From an uncultured bacterium (GTDB lineage: Bacteria > UBA8481), in NCBI GenBank assembly GCA_964499705.1, contig CAZCME010000018.1:1-64000 (forward strand): a DNA stretch of 64,000 bases. Direction: 5' to 3'. Shown here in pieces: positions 32,722 through 42,140 of this stretch. Both the position numbers and the translations under genes were made by a program. The notes beneath the pieces are model-generated. The model had not been told where the DNA came from. It did no database searches and saw nothing but the letters and a program-made list of their open reading frames with translations. Each line of letters opens with the position of its first letter. The stretch's first letter is position 1.

Positions 32722-33534
32722 TCAAGGGTGCGCGTGTCGGTTTCCTCTCTGGATCGCCAGGAGCGCCGCGGTCCAGGTCAGGAGAAAGAGAAGTGAAAAA
32801 CGCGCGGAGGAGATCGCCTGGAGAGGCGTTGCCACTGTGGAGACCAGGACCTGGGGACGGCACAGGAGCTGGCCGCCGGTAAAATCGAGGTCGAGGATAG
32901 CGGAGGAGAGATACATTCCGCCGGCGGATATATCGGGCATTGGAAACTGCAGCCCGACGAAGATATGCCATTTCGCGAGCGGCCATTTTTCGACGACTCT
33001 CGGCTCGCAGCGAACAAGAAGCATCGCCACGAAGAGGACGAGGGCCGCATGAAGAAACGGGAGAATCCTGTGGGGATTGCCCTTGATTCTTTGCATAAGC
33101 CGGTATCCGATCGCCGCGCTGGCGGCAGGCAGCAGCCAGAGCGCGACACGGCCGAGCGGCATCACCCGGTCAAGGAACTCCGGGCCGACAGCGAGACCGA
33201 CAATAAGAAGCGCAGAATGCATGATCAGCCATCCGAGCGCGCCGATTTCCAGCGTCCAGGTGATGGCGCGCCGGCATGAGGGATCGCGTCGCAGGGAGGT
33301 ATCCGATTCCGCTACGCGTATATTCTCCGCAAATTCCTCCTCACTCCCGAATCCCCGGATGAGATCGCGAACGGCGTCCTTCGTCAGCGCCGTGTGCTCG
33401 AGGGAGGCGAGCTCGAAATGCGCCATGAGCTCGTCCGACCATTCGGTTCTGGCGGTTTTCGCGAGAGGGACTCGATCCAGGACAGAATCAACGAAGCGCG
33501 AGAATTCGGCCGAGTCAGCCCCGTTCTTTGCCAA
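32722..33534 (-). CDS. Membrane protein with an N-terminal permease-prefix/HAAS-like domain (PadR partner)
   Basis: EL.AH.E ... FG..EE.A motif followed by several TM helices; overlaps the PadR gene. Confidence 0.65.
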   Translation of the reverse strand: MAKNGADSAEFSRFVDSVLDRVPLAKTARTEWSDELMAHFELASLEHTALTKDAVRDLIRGFGSEEEFAENIRVAESDTSLRRDPSCRRAITWTLEIGALGWLIMHSALLIVGLAVGPEFLDRVMPLGRVALWLLPAASAAIGYRLMQRIKGNPHRILPFLHAALVLFVAMLLVRCEPRVVEKWPLAKWHIFVGLQFPMPDISAGGMYLSSAILDLDFTGGQLLCRPQVLVSTVATPLQAISSARFSLLFLLTWTAALLAIQRGNRHAHP

Positions 33535-33865
33535 GCTTCTTGCTCCCGAGGAGGCCGGCGATCGCGGTCGTCATGGCCTGGAGCAGAGAGGAACGCTCTC
33601 CCAGTTCGCGCCGGCCGGCGGGCGTGATGGTATACATCCGGACACGCCTCATGCCGCTCCCCTTTTCCCAGCGCCCTCGGATGAATCCGGAGGTTTCGAG
33701 CCGATGAAGGAGCGGATAGAGAGTTCCCTCCTTGACCGCGAGAATTCCACCGCCCGCGTGTTCCCTCAGATTTTTCATGATGTCATAGCCGTGGAGATCC
33801 TGCCGGGACAAAAGAGCGAGGACGGCGGTCTCGAACGAACCCTTCAATACTTCCGATCGCTTCAT
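33515..33865 (-). CDS. PadR-family transcriptional regulator
   Basis: LKG....VLALL....HGY.I, EGTLYPLLHRLE..G.I...W, Y.IT..GR. Confidence 0.92.
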   Translation of the reverse strand: MKRSEVLKGSFETAVLALLSRQDLHGYDIMKNLREHAGGGILAVKEGTLYPLLHRLETSGFIRGRWEKGSGMRRVRMYTITPAGRRELGERSSLLQAMTTAIAGLLGSKKLGKERG

Positions 33866-33885
33866 GAGAAAACGTTATGGCAGAT

Positions 33886-34935
33886 TCATTCCTGTTTCAA
33901 CCCGGAATTGAGCCATTGCCATAAAGGCGCGATCCCTCCATGAGGCCGTGACAAGGAAGGCGACTGCATTTTTCCGAGCGGAATGACGCTGCCGGCGATC
34001 GGTTCGCCGCGTTGCAGCTCCGTGAAACGTCGCGCGGAGGCCGCAACCCCGACGGCTTCGATGTGATGCGTATCGCGCTCGGTGACATCCCTCATATTTT
34101 CCCAGCGCTCGATCGGCTTGACCCAGACCGTGCGTTCCAGCGGAGTCGGCTCCAGCGTCGGCGAGTCATCGCAGAGAACGCTCCATGATGTATCCTCTTC
34201 GGACGAGAATACCAGGCCGTCGGGCCGCATCCTCACGTTCATTCGCAGGGCGCGGATTGCCAGGGACGCTGCCGGACTGACAGCTCGACGCGGAAGACGC
34301 TGTTGCCGTTCTTTGAGTTCTTTTGCGAGGTGTGCGGAAAAATCCCGCTCATGGCCGCCCACAACGAAGACGGCCTGCGGCGAAAGGCAGCCGGACTGGT
34401 CCCAGGCCACGATATCGTCCGCGGCCTTTGCAGCGGTTTTCCTGCTGACGTCCTCCACGTACGCCAGCGAGAACTTATGTCCGTAGCCGATGAAACCTTC
34501 GGATCGGCCTCGGGCTTCCCGCAGGAACGCCACGGTTTCATCGGACCCGAAGACGATCAGGTAGTCAGGATCGGCGGGATCGAATTGTTCCACGACGTCG
34601 ATCCGGAGCCCGGGAAAGTGCTTCTTCGCAAAATCCCGCCACGCGCGCGCAAAGTCCCGATCGATTCGGGAAGGCTTGATGAAGAGCGGGATGCCGGCCA
34701 GCCATGCTGATGCGGTCACGTTCATCATGGGCGCCGGTGAATTGGACGGCAACACCGATATCGCGGAACGATCGTCCCGCGGAGAGCGCGGTTCGCTCCA
34801 TCCCGCCACGTCTCCGGCCCACCCCTCGATCGTCCTCCGAAAGCTGAACTCGAAGGTCTGCGGAGTAAAATCCGAAGCGCGGGCGAGCGGAGTGATATCC
34901 GCCCGCATCAGATCATCAAGGATGGCGATCGACAT
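33886..34935 (-). CDS. Acyl-CoA reductase (LuxC-like)
   Basis: LPSN, KPS, VFGSDETV, GYGHKFS, DQ.GCLSPQ, LGKMQ.P....HGG. Confidence 0.75.
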   Translation of the reverse strand: MSIAILDDLMRADITPLARASDFTPQTFEFSFRRTIEGWAGDVAGWSEPRSPRDDRSAISVLPSNSPAPMMNVTASAWLAGIPLFIKPSRIDRDFARAWRDFAKKHFPGLRIDVVEQFDPADPDYLIVFGSDETVAFLREARGRSEGFIGYGHKFSLAYVEDVSRKTAAKAADDIVAWDQSGCLSPQAVFVVGGHERDFSAHLAKELKERQQRLPRRAVSPAASLAIRALRMNVRMRPDGLVFSSEEDTSWSVLCDDSPTLEPTPLERTVWVKPIERWENMRDVTERDTHHIEAVGVAASARRFTELQRGEPIAGSVIPLGKMQSPSLSRPHGGIAPLWQWLNSGLKQE

Positions 34936-34955
34936 TACAAAGCGCGCGGATCAGA

Positions 34956-36599
34956 TCACTCGACAAGTTCGTCCCAGGCGATCGAACGAATCTCGCCGCG
35001 GAAGGATATTTCGCGCACCTGGCCGGCGCCCGGCGACAGCCATTCGATGTGGATGAGCGGCGCCTTTTTCTGGTTCCCCTGGTGAAAACGGGTTTCCACG
35101 CGAAGACAGTCGAAGACGCCTGCCGGAGTCCTGATACGTTCCGCCGCCGTCACCGCGCGCTCGATTCTTTTTCCCCGGTTGAAGAGACCCGGCACGGTCC
35201 AGGCCACCCACGTGTCGCCGACAGCCATCGGAAACCTGTACATCATCGCGGGCCTCTCGCGAGAGATCATCTGGAGCCCTTCGATCTTTTCCAGGTAGAG
35301 ACACGTGTCGGAGGGCACGACGGAAATGACCGTCGTGGAATCGAACGCGAGCGGCGCCCTCGTGATCGAGAGACCGCTCCCGTTGGATTCGATTCGCACT
35401 TCCAGCGGCGTGCGGTAATCCTCCCGGCCCCGCACGGTGCGGACCATCTTCCGGACGCGGCCGGGCGACCACAGGAGGTCCTCGCGCATCAGGTGGAACA
35501 CAGCCTCCCCGGCCGGAATCGGCTCGGCGTCCAGCGGCATGCCGAGCCCCTGCGTGATGATCTTCGCGACGACGCGGTCCCTTCCCGGTTCCGAAGCTGC
35601 GGCTGCCGCCAGAAGCGCCAGTCCGCCACCGAGTTTCTCCACGGCGTCATCGAGGTGCTTTAGGCCTCTCTCCCGTTCCGCGCGTTCCTTGTCGGCGCGG
35701 TTCAGAATGAGCGTCGCCGAAAGCGCCGCGAACGGAGACAGCTTTCCGCCGATCAGGAGATCCCTCAATGTCTCCTCGCGCAGCTCGCCCTCGCGATCGT
35801 TGGCGATCATCTCCCGCGCGCGATCGACGCCGTTCCGGATCGTGGCGACGACGCGCGCGATCTTGGCGACGCCGGCATCCCGGAGATCGTCCTCGTGTTC
35901 TTTAAGAGCTTCGAGCGTTTCGCGTATCGTCTTCAGGATATTCTGCGTCAATTCCTTCCTGCGCTGAAGGGAATGACGCAGCAATCCGGAGATGCCCTCG
36001 ACGACGCGCTTCCTGTTCAACGTCAGCATGTCGCGCCGCTCGTTGCGCCATCGCTGGAACGAGGCCGCCGCCTCGGGCTCGCGTTCCGGCTGGATCCCGC
36101 CCTCGAACGACGCGGAGGCTCCTTCGCCCGCCGCGATCGCCGCGTCTCCCGCCGTCACGACTCCGGTATCGACATGGATGCGCGCTTCGCCCGACGGCAC
36201 GACCTCCACGGAAAACTCCGTGCCCCGGACTCCGGTTGTTATGACTGGCGTCGATATATTGAAGGATTCGTCCGCCCATCTCTGCGGATGCGTGACGGCG
36301 GAAAGCGAACCGCGCTTGAGGGAAACGGCCGTCGTGGAGACGCGCGAGCGCTCGATCTTCAGGATCGAGGAGGACGCCAGCGTGACCGTGGACGCGTCCG
36401 CGAGCATCAGGACGGCACGGCCGTTTGCGCCCGTCGTCACCTTCTCGCCGGGCGCCGCCTGCAGGCCTGACCGGGCCGCGCGACGGCCCGCCGTCCCCTC
36501 GATCCAGACCTCTCCTGTCGTGAACTTGATGTAGGCCTGTGCGAATGCCGGAGCGGACAGGATGAACAGGTAACAGAGAACGGCGCAGGATCTTCTCAT
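34956..36599 (-). CDS. Exported FecR-domain protein with a coiled coil and C-terminal beta domain
   Basis: Signal peptide, V.TG..G.A.L...D.S...L, TP....GVRGTEF.V, C-terminal TPAG.FDC. Confidence 0.75.
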   Translation of the reverse strand: MRRSCAVLCYLFILSAPAFAQAYIKFTTGEVWIEGTAGRRAARSGLQAAPGEKVTTGANGRAVLMLADASTVTLASSSILKIERSRVSTTAVSLKRGSLSAVTHPQRWADESFNISTPVITTGVRGTEFSVEVVPSGEARIHVDTGVVTAGDAAIAAGEGASASFEGGIQPEREPEAAASFQRWRNERRDMLTLNRKRVVEGISGLLRHSLQRRKELTQNILKTIRETLEALKEHEDDLRDAGVAKIARVVATIRNGVDRAREMIANDREGELREETLRDLLIGGKLSPFAALSATLILNRADKERAERERGLKHLDDAVEKLGGGLALLAAAAASEPGRDRVVAKIITQGLGMPLDAEPIPAGEAVFHLMREDLLWSPGRVRKMVRTVRGREDYRTPLEVRIESNGSGLSITRAPLAFDSTTVISVVPSDTCLYLEKIEGLQMISRERPAMMYRFPMAVGDTWVAWTVPGLFNRGKRIERAVTAAERIRTPAGVFDCLRVETRFHQGNQKKAPLIHIEWLSPGAGQVREISFRGEIRSIAWDELVE

Positions 36600-36648
36600 G
36601 GTCGTCCACGAGAATAGGAAGCGCCGGGATACTCGTCAAGGTCAGTTG

Positions 36649-36833
36649 CCCGGCTCCGGAAGTTCCCCGTCCGATGGCGGGATATTAACAGGATGAGCAG
36701 GATGGGCAGGATCTCTTTACATGCAAAGCTATTAAATGCCTCCGAAAGCGAGCCATTCTACTGTCAATCGATCCTGCCAATCCTGCCCATCCTGTTATTA
36801 CTTCTCGATGGGGAACTTCTGTCCCGGCTCCGG
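36649..36833. repeat. Nested palindromic element (9-mer CAGGATG(A/G)G arms) flanked by an 11-bp direct repeat; MITE-like
   Basis: Inner arms 36686-36712 and 36771-36797; outer arms GAAGTTCCCC / GGGGAACTTC; CCCGGCTCCGG at 36649 and 36823. Confidence 0.7.
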
Positions 36834-36836
36834 CAC

Positions 36837-37340
36837 TCAGTGATACGAAATGTGCGATGTTCCCATCGGTATCGTGAACTCGAAGATCTGCGGCTTCGCG
36901 AGCGCGATATAATCGGCATACCGCATCCGGATCACATCGTCGTGCGTGCCGGCGTTGAACGTGATCGATCCGTCGCTCTTGACCGCTGTGCTCAAGTAGA
37001 CAGGCATGTTATAGAGATTGCCGAAGGGCGGCTCCGCGCCCGTCTCGCAGTCCGCGAAGATGACGCGGATCTCGTCCTCGCGAGCCAGCCGGACCGAGCG
37101 CGCGTCGAGTTCCTCGCGCAACTTCTTCAATTCGACCTTGTGATGCGCGGGCAGGACGGCCATGGCGTAGTGGCCATCGACGAGAAGAACGACGGTCTTG
37201 GCGAATTCGCGTCCGGCGGTATGCGTATCGGCGGCCGTCTCCTGCGCCGTGTAGTCTCGTGAATGCGATATGGCCTGGTACTCCACGGTCTTCTGCTGCA
37301 ACAGGCTCCTCAGTCTCGGATTGATGGCTTGCATGGTCAT
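36837..37340 (-). CDS. YbaK/ProX-family aminoacyl-tRNA deacylase
   Basis: H....TAQE.A, AKTVVL, LA.E.E....F.DCE.GA.PPFG..Y, FNAGTH. Confidence 0.88.
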   Translation of the reverse strand: MTMQAINPRLRSLLQQKTVEYQAISHSRDYTAQETAADTHTAGREFAKTVVLLVDGHYAMAVLPAHHKVELKKLREELDARSVRLAREDEIRVIFADCETGAEPPFGNLYNMPVYLSTAVKSDGSITFNAGTHDDVIRMRYADYIALAKPQIFEFTIPMGTSHISYH

Positions 37341-37460
37341 GTCCTCCCCCGCGCTTCGAATTGATCCTCTGAAAAATAACTATCACACTCTCCGCCCCCT
37401 TTTTCGTCTTTTTTTGTCACATCAGGCAAAAAACAACGCGCGGCGGACTAGAATAGAAGT

Positions 37461-38306
37461 ATGGCAAAAAGTCTTCTGCTCTGCACCGATGGCTCGGAGT
37501 ATTCCCACACCGCCGCCGATTACGCGATTCTCCTCGCACAAGGCCTGGGCGCCCGCGTCGAAGCGCTCCACGTCATCGACGCGCGCCTCATGGGCGGGCC
37601 GTATCTTGCCGACATCGGCGGAGTGCTCGGCGCGCAACCCTACGAGGCGTTTCTGCCGCAGATGCAGGAGCTCCAGCAGGAGAAGGCCGCGCTCGTCCTC
37701 GATATGCTCCGGAAGAAATTCAGCGAGAAATCGATGGAGCTTTCGGCGGACGTCCGGACGGGTTCGCTCGTCGGCACGATCCTGGAGCATGAGACGCGGT
37801 GCGATCTTGTCATCCTGGGAAAACGCGGGGAGCACGCCCGCTACGGCGATGACGTCATCGGCTCGAGCGTGGAGTGGATCGTCCGAAAATCGGTGAAACC
37901 CTGCTTCGTTTGTCCCGCGCAATTTCGGCCGCTCCAGCGCGTCGTCGCCGCCTTCGACGGCAGCTCCCACGCGGAGAAAGCTCTCATGGGCGCCCTTGAC
38001 CTGGTGCTGGCCCTGAAACTTCCGCTGGCGATCGTCACGGTGGAACCCAATGCCAGCAGCACGGCGCTCTGGCGCGGCATCCTGAAGGACGGCGTCCTGA
38101 TGGCGAAGCAGCGGGGCGTCGAAGCGACGGAAATGCTCATGCTGGGAAATCCTGAAGAGAAGATCCTGGAGTATTGCAGGACGCATGAGGCCGATCTCCT
38201 CGTGATGGGCGCCTACGGCCACACCCGCATCCGCGAATTCCTGCTGGGCAGCACGACGTTTCACATCCTGCTTAAGTCAGATATCCCCCTCTACATGATC
38301 CGGTAA
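37461..38306 (+). CDS. Universal stress protein (tandem Usp domains)
   Basis: DGS..S, DLVILG.RG...IGS, AFDGS, DLLVMGAYGH.RIRE..LGSTT. Confidence 0.92.
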   Translation: MAKSLLLCTDGSEYSHTAADYAILLAQGLGARVEALHVIDARLMGGPYLADIGGVLGAQPYEAFLPQMQELQQEKAALVLDMLRKKFSEKSMELSADVRTGSLVGTILEHETRCDLVILGKRGEHARYGDDVIGSSVEWIVRKSVKPCFVCPAQFRPLQRVVAAFDGSSHAEKALMGALDLVLALKLPLAIVTVEPNASSTALWRGILKDGVLMAKQRGVEATEMLMLGNPEEKILEYCRTHEADLLVMGAYGHTRIREFLLGSTTFHILLKSDIPLYMIR

Positions 38307-38426
38307 CGCCGCTCCGTTATCATGCCGTTTGAAATTACGAAACTTTCATTCACGCCCTTTTCGGCCGTGAACGAAACCTGTTCACGACTATGTAAGAATC
38401 GAGTCCTCTGCTAGACTACTCTCATC

Positions 38427-38984
38427 ATGAAGAATCGTTTACCTCCTGGACAGAAGCTGACGGAGACCTGGCCGGTTCTGCATTACGGCAGCGTGCCTCG
38501 CGTCGATCAGGCCGGATGGACTTTCAAGGTCGTCGGCGAGTTGGCGGATCCGAGAATCATCACGTGGGAGGAATTCTCCGCGCTGCCCCGGAAGAAAGTC
38601 ATCTGCGACATCCACTGCGTCACGACCTGGTCGCGCTACGACAACACGTTCGAGGGCGTCTCCACGTCGGTCCTGGCGAATCTTGCTCCGCCGCATGCGG
38701 AAGCCGCGTATGTCATGATCCGGGGCGAGGCCGGGTATACGACCAACCTGCCGCTCAAGGATTTTCTCTCGCCCGATGCGCTCTTCGCCACGCACCACAA
38801 CGGTGCGCCGCTCTCCGCGGAGCACGGCGCCCCCGTCCGCCTGGTTGTGCCGCATCTCTATTTCTGGAAATCCGCGAAGTGGGTGACGGGCATGGAATAC
38901 ATGCGGCGGGATCGCGCGGGATTCTGGGAGCAGAACGGTTATCATATGCGCGGAGACCCGTGGAGCGAGGAACGGTTCGACTAG
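38427..38984 (+). CDS. Sulfite-oxidase-like molybdopterin oxidoreductase (YuiH-like)
   Basis: RLPPGQ, WPVLH.G, DIHCVTTWS, HGAP.RLVVP..YFWKSAKW, GFWE..GYH..GDPW.E.R. Confidence 0.9.
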   Translation: MKNRLPPGQKLTETWPVLHYGSVPRVDQAGWTFKVVGELADPRIITWEEFSALPRKKVICDIHCVTTWSRYDNTFEGVSTSVLANLAPPHAEAAYVMIRGEAGYTTNLPLKDFLSPDALFATHHNGAPLSAEHGAPVRLVVPHLYFWKSAKWVTGMEYMRRDRAGFWEQNGYHMRGDPWSEERFD

Positions 38985-40252
38985 GTTCTCGCCGCGCGTA
39001 CTGTCGGCTTCTCGACCTCGCCGTACAGGATCTCATCCTGGTACCGCGTCACGTTGAGAACGGAGTTATAGCTGCCGAATCCGTCCGGTTCCTTTCGAGG
39101 ATTATCCGGGTCGTGGGTCCAGATCATCTTCCGGGTCGGAGGCGCCGATGCCTGCTTCACGACAAATTTGTATGTCACCCGGCCGGTCGGCAGGAGCATC
39201 CGGCCCGTCCAGGAACCGTTTGCGTTCCTGACGAGCGGATTTGCCTCGGGCCGCCACGCGTTCCAGTCTCCGGCGACACTGACATAGTCCGCTTCCTCCG
39301 CGAGATATCGGAACGAGATCGGGCGGACGGATTCCACGCGGTCGCGACCGGCGCGTTTGGCCTGCAGGAGCGCCATGTCCGAGAATTGGATGAAGTGGTC
39401 GACATCCGCGGCATCCTCGGGTGAACAGGCGAACCCGATGGAGAGCGTGACATATCGTTCCGGATGATCATCGGAACTGATCCGGACGCGATGCAGAGCC
39501 TTTTGTATCCGGCCGGAGAGTTCCAGGGCATTCTCGCGCGATATGCCGGGCAGGATGGCCGCGAATTCTTCCCCGCCGTACCGCGCCAGGATGTCGCCGG
39601 CACGGAGCGACGACTGCATGGTCAAAGCCGCTTCCTTCAGGACACGATCTCCTTCGACATGACCATACGTGTCATTGACGGATTTAAATCGGTCGAGGTC
39701 CATCATCAGGAGCGCGACGGATGTGGCGCTACGCTTGGATCTGGCCAATTCAAGACGGAGCAGCTCCTGGAATTGCCTGTGGTTCCAGAGCCCGGTCAGG
39801 GGATCGCGGAGAGCGGCCTCGCGGGAGACCTTCAGGACGAAGTCGTAGTAGAATTTCGTCTTCACGGCGTTGCAGATCCGGCTCTTGATGAGAATCTGGG
39901 CGGTCTTCTTCCTGATGCAGTCTTCCGCGCCCGTCGTGATCATCCGGGCCACGGTATCGTCGTCGAGCACTTCGGAATCCGCCACGATGAAGACCGGGAC
40001 GCGGTGGAGGTGTTCGTCTCGCTTGAGAACGCGAAGCGCCTCGATGATCTTGTCGTTGTGCGGGGTATCGTCATGCCAGGGAAGAAAGATCGCGTCCGGA
40101 CCGGTATTCGACGCGGCGTTTATCAGTTCCTCCGATTGATCGGCGAGAACAACTCCAAATTCCAGGTCGTCTATGGCCTGACGCACGCGAATCCAGAGTT
40201 CATCGTCAGGGAGAAATCCCCGGGCGAGTACGATCGGTTTTGTGGCTCCCAT
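38981..40252 (-). CDS. Diguanylate cyclase: degenerate receiver + GGDEF + C-terminal CBM48/AMPK-beta-like glycogen-binding domain
   Basis: DPLTGLWN, DLDRFK.VNDTYGH..GD, RxxD I-site, ARYGGEEF, then VSVAGDWNAW...W.....L..G...YKFVV...W..DP.NP....DGFG..NSVL.V. Confidence 0.85.
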   Translation of the reverse strand: MGATKPIVLARGFLPDDELWIRVRQAIDDLEFGVVLADQSEELINAASNTGPDAIFLPWHDDTPHNDKIIEALRVLKRDEHLHRVPVFIVADSEVLDDDTVARMITTGAEDCIRKKTAQILIKSRICNAVKTKFYYDFVLKVSREAALRDPLTGLWNHRQFQELLRLELARSKRSATSVALLMMDLDRFKSVNDTYGHVEGDRVLKEAALTMQSSLRAGDILARYGGEEFAAILPGISRENALELSGRIQKALHRVRISSDDHPERYVTLSIGFACSPEDAADVDHFIQFSDMALLQAKRAGRDRVESVRPISFRYLAEEADYVSVAGDWNAWRPEANPLVRNANGSWTGRMLLPTGRVTYKFVVKQASAPPTRKMIWTHDPDNPRKEPDGFGSYNSVLNVTRYQDEILYGEVEKPTVRAART

Positions 40253-40466
40253 CCCTATTTTTTACCAGCCTGAGCGGATTATACGCGTCAATGCGCCCGC
40301 CCACCGTGCTTCAAGCCTCATTTCCACTTGAATTTTCCGTTTATCCACAGCCGCATATCTCCGCGGTCACATGAAGCATCCGGCGTTTTCAAATCGCGTA
40401 TCAAGCGCGCCGGTTATTTCATTACCGAATGGGACAAATATCCCGTATACTGCTTCGCCGCAATTT

Positions 40467-42140
40467 ATGGAATATAAACCGGAAAATCCCCTCGTGGTCC
40501 AGTCCGACAGGACAGTGCTGCTGGAAGTCAACCATCCCCGCTTCGTCGAGGCCCGCAATCACCTCTGCGCCTTCGCGGAACTGGAGCGATCCCCCGAGCA
40601 CATTCACACGTACCGCATCTCTCCCCTGTCGCTCTGGAATTCCGCGGCGGCGGGTCACGATCCTGCCGGCATCATCGCCACGCTGAAGACGCTCTCCAAG
40701 TTTCCCGTGCCGGCCAACGTGGAAATGGAAATCCTGAACTGGATGTCCCGGTGGGGAGCGATCCGCCTTCATCCTCACGAGAAGGGCTACATGATGGAAT
40801 GCAACACGCCCACGCTCCTCCGGGAAATCATGGCGCAGAAAGCCACGATGAAATACATCAAGGAGCAGCTCTCCAAGACGCAGGCGCTCATCGATCCCGG
40901 ATTCCGCGGGCACCTGAAGCTGGAGCTCATCAAGATCGGGTGGCCCGTGGAAGACCTGGCGGGATACCGCGACGGAGCGGATTTCAAGTTCGCGTTGCGT
41001 GATTCCTGCAAGGCGGGTCAACCCTTCGTGATCCGCGACTACCAGCGCCATTCGGCCGACGCGTTTCACGCCGGCGGAGGTCCCCGGGGCGGAGCGGGAG
41101 TCATCGTGCTTCCCTGCGGCGCGGGAAAGACGATCGTCGGAATCACGGCGATGCAGATGATCGGGAAGAAAACCCTGATCCTGACGACGAACATCGTCGC
41201 GGCGCGCCAATGGATCACGGAGCTTCTCGACAAGACCAGCGTGACCGAGGCCGACATCGGCGAATATTCCGGAGAAGTGAAGATCATCAAGCCGATCACG
41301 ATCGCGACGTACCAGATCCTGACGCACCGCAAATCGAAAGCCGACCGCTTCTCGCACTTCGATCTCTTCAACGCGGAGGACTGGGGCCTCATCGTCTACG
41401 ACGAGGTCCATCTCCTGCCCGCGCCCGTCTTCCGCGTCACCGCGGAGCTCCAGTCCCGCCGGCGCCTCGGCCTCACGGCGACGCTTGTCCGCGAGGACGG
41501 CAAGGAGACGGATGTCTTCAGCCTGATCGGACCGAAACGCTTCGACGTGCCGTGGAGAGATCTCGAAAGTTCCGGCTGGATCGCGACCGCCGAATGCCGC
41601 GAGTACCGCCTGCGGCTTCCGGATCACCTCGAGGAAACATACGCAATCTCCGGCGACCGGGAGAAGTTCCGGATCGCCTCGGAGAACGAGAAGAAGGAGG
41701 AGATCATCCAGGAGCTCGTCAGGAAGCACGAGGGCGATCACATCCTCGTCATCGGGCAATACCTCTCGCAGCTCGAACGAATCGCGACGCGCCTGAACGC
41801 TCCGCTCCTGACCGGCAAGACTCCCACATCGGAACGCGAGAAGCTGTATGACGACTTCCGCGTCGGGAGGATCGGCGTCCTCGTCGTCTCCCGCGTCGCC
41901 AACTTCGCCATCGATCTCCCGGATGCCAACGTCGCGATCGAGGTATCGGGTCTCTTCGGTTCGCGCCAGGAGGAAGCCCAGCGCCTCGGCCGGATCCTCC
42001 GGCCCAAGAACGGCGACAACCGCGCGATCTTCTACGTTCTTGTCTCCCGCAACACCTGCGAGGAAACCTTCGCGCAGAAGCGCCAGCTCTTTCTCGTGGA
42101 ACAGGGATACAAGTACGACATCGAGCTCGTCGATGCGTAA
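40467..42140 (+). CDS. DNA repair helicase XPB (bacterial Ssl2/Rad25-like)
   Basis: PL.VQSD.TVLLEV, FAELE.SPEHIHTYR, VLPCGAGKT, DEVH, LGLTAT..REDG, QRLGRILRPK. Confidence 0.93.
   Translation: MEYKPENPLVVQSDRTVLLEVNHPRFVEARNHLCAFAELERSPEHIHTYRISPLSLWNSAAAGHDPAGIIATLKTLSKFPVPANVEMEILNWMSRWGAIRLHPHEKGYMMECNTPTLLREIMAQKATMKYIKEQLSKTQALIDPGFRGHLKLELIKIGWPVEDLAGYRDGADFKFALRDSCKAGQPFVIRDYQRHSADAFHAGGGPRGGAGVIVLPCGAGKTIVGITAMQMIGKKTLILTTNIVAARQWITELLDKTSVTEADIGEYSGEVKIIKPITIATYQILTHRKSKADRFSHFDLFNAEDWGLIVYDEVHLLPAPVFRVTAELQSRRRLGLTATLVREDGKETDVFSLIGPKRFDVPWRDLESSGWIATAECREYRLRLPDHLEETYAISGDREKFRIASENEKKEEIIQELVRKHEGDHILVIGQYLSQLERIATRLNAPLLTGKTPTSEREKLYDDFRVGRIGVLVVSRVANFAIDLPDANVAIEVSGLFGSRQEEAQRLGRILRPKNGDNRAIFYVLVSRNTCEETFAQKRQLFLVEQGYKYDIELVDA

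Noticed and set aside
40341-40349. Perfect DnaA box TTATCCACA as a replication origin
   Set aside because: Single box with no cluster, unwinding element or dnaA/dnaN context; at most a regulatory site.
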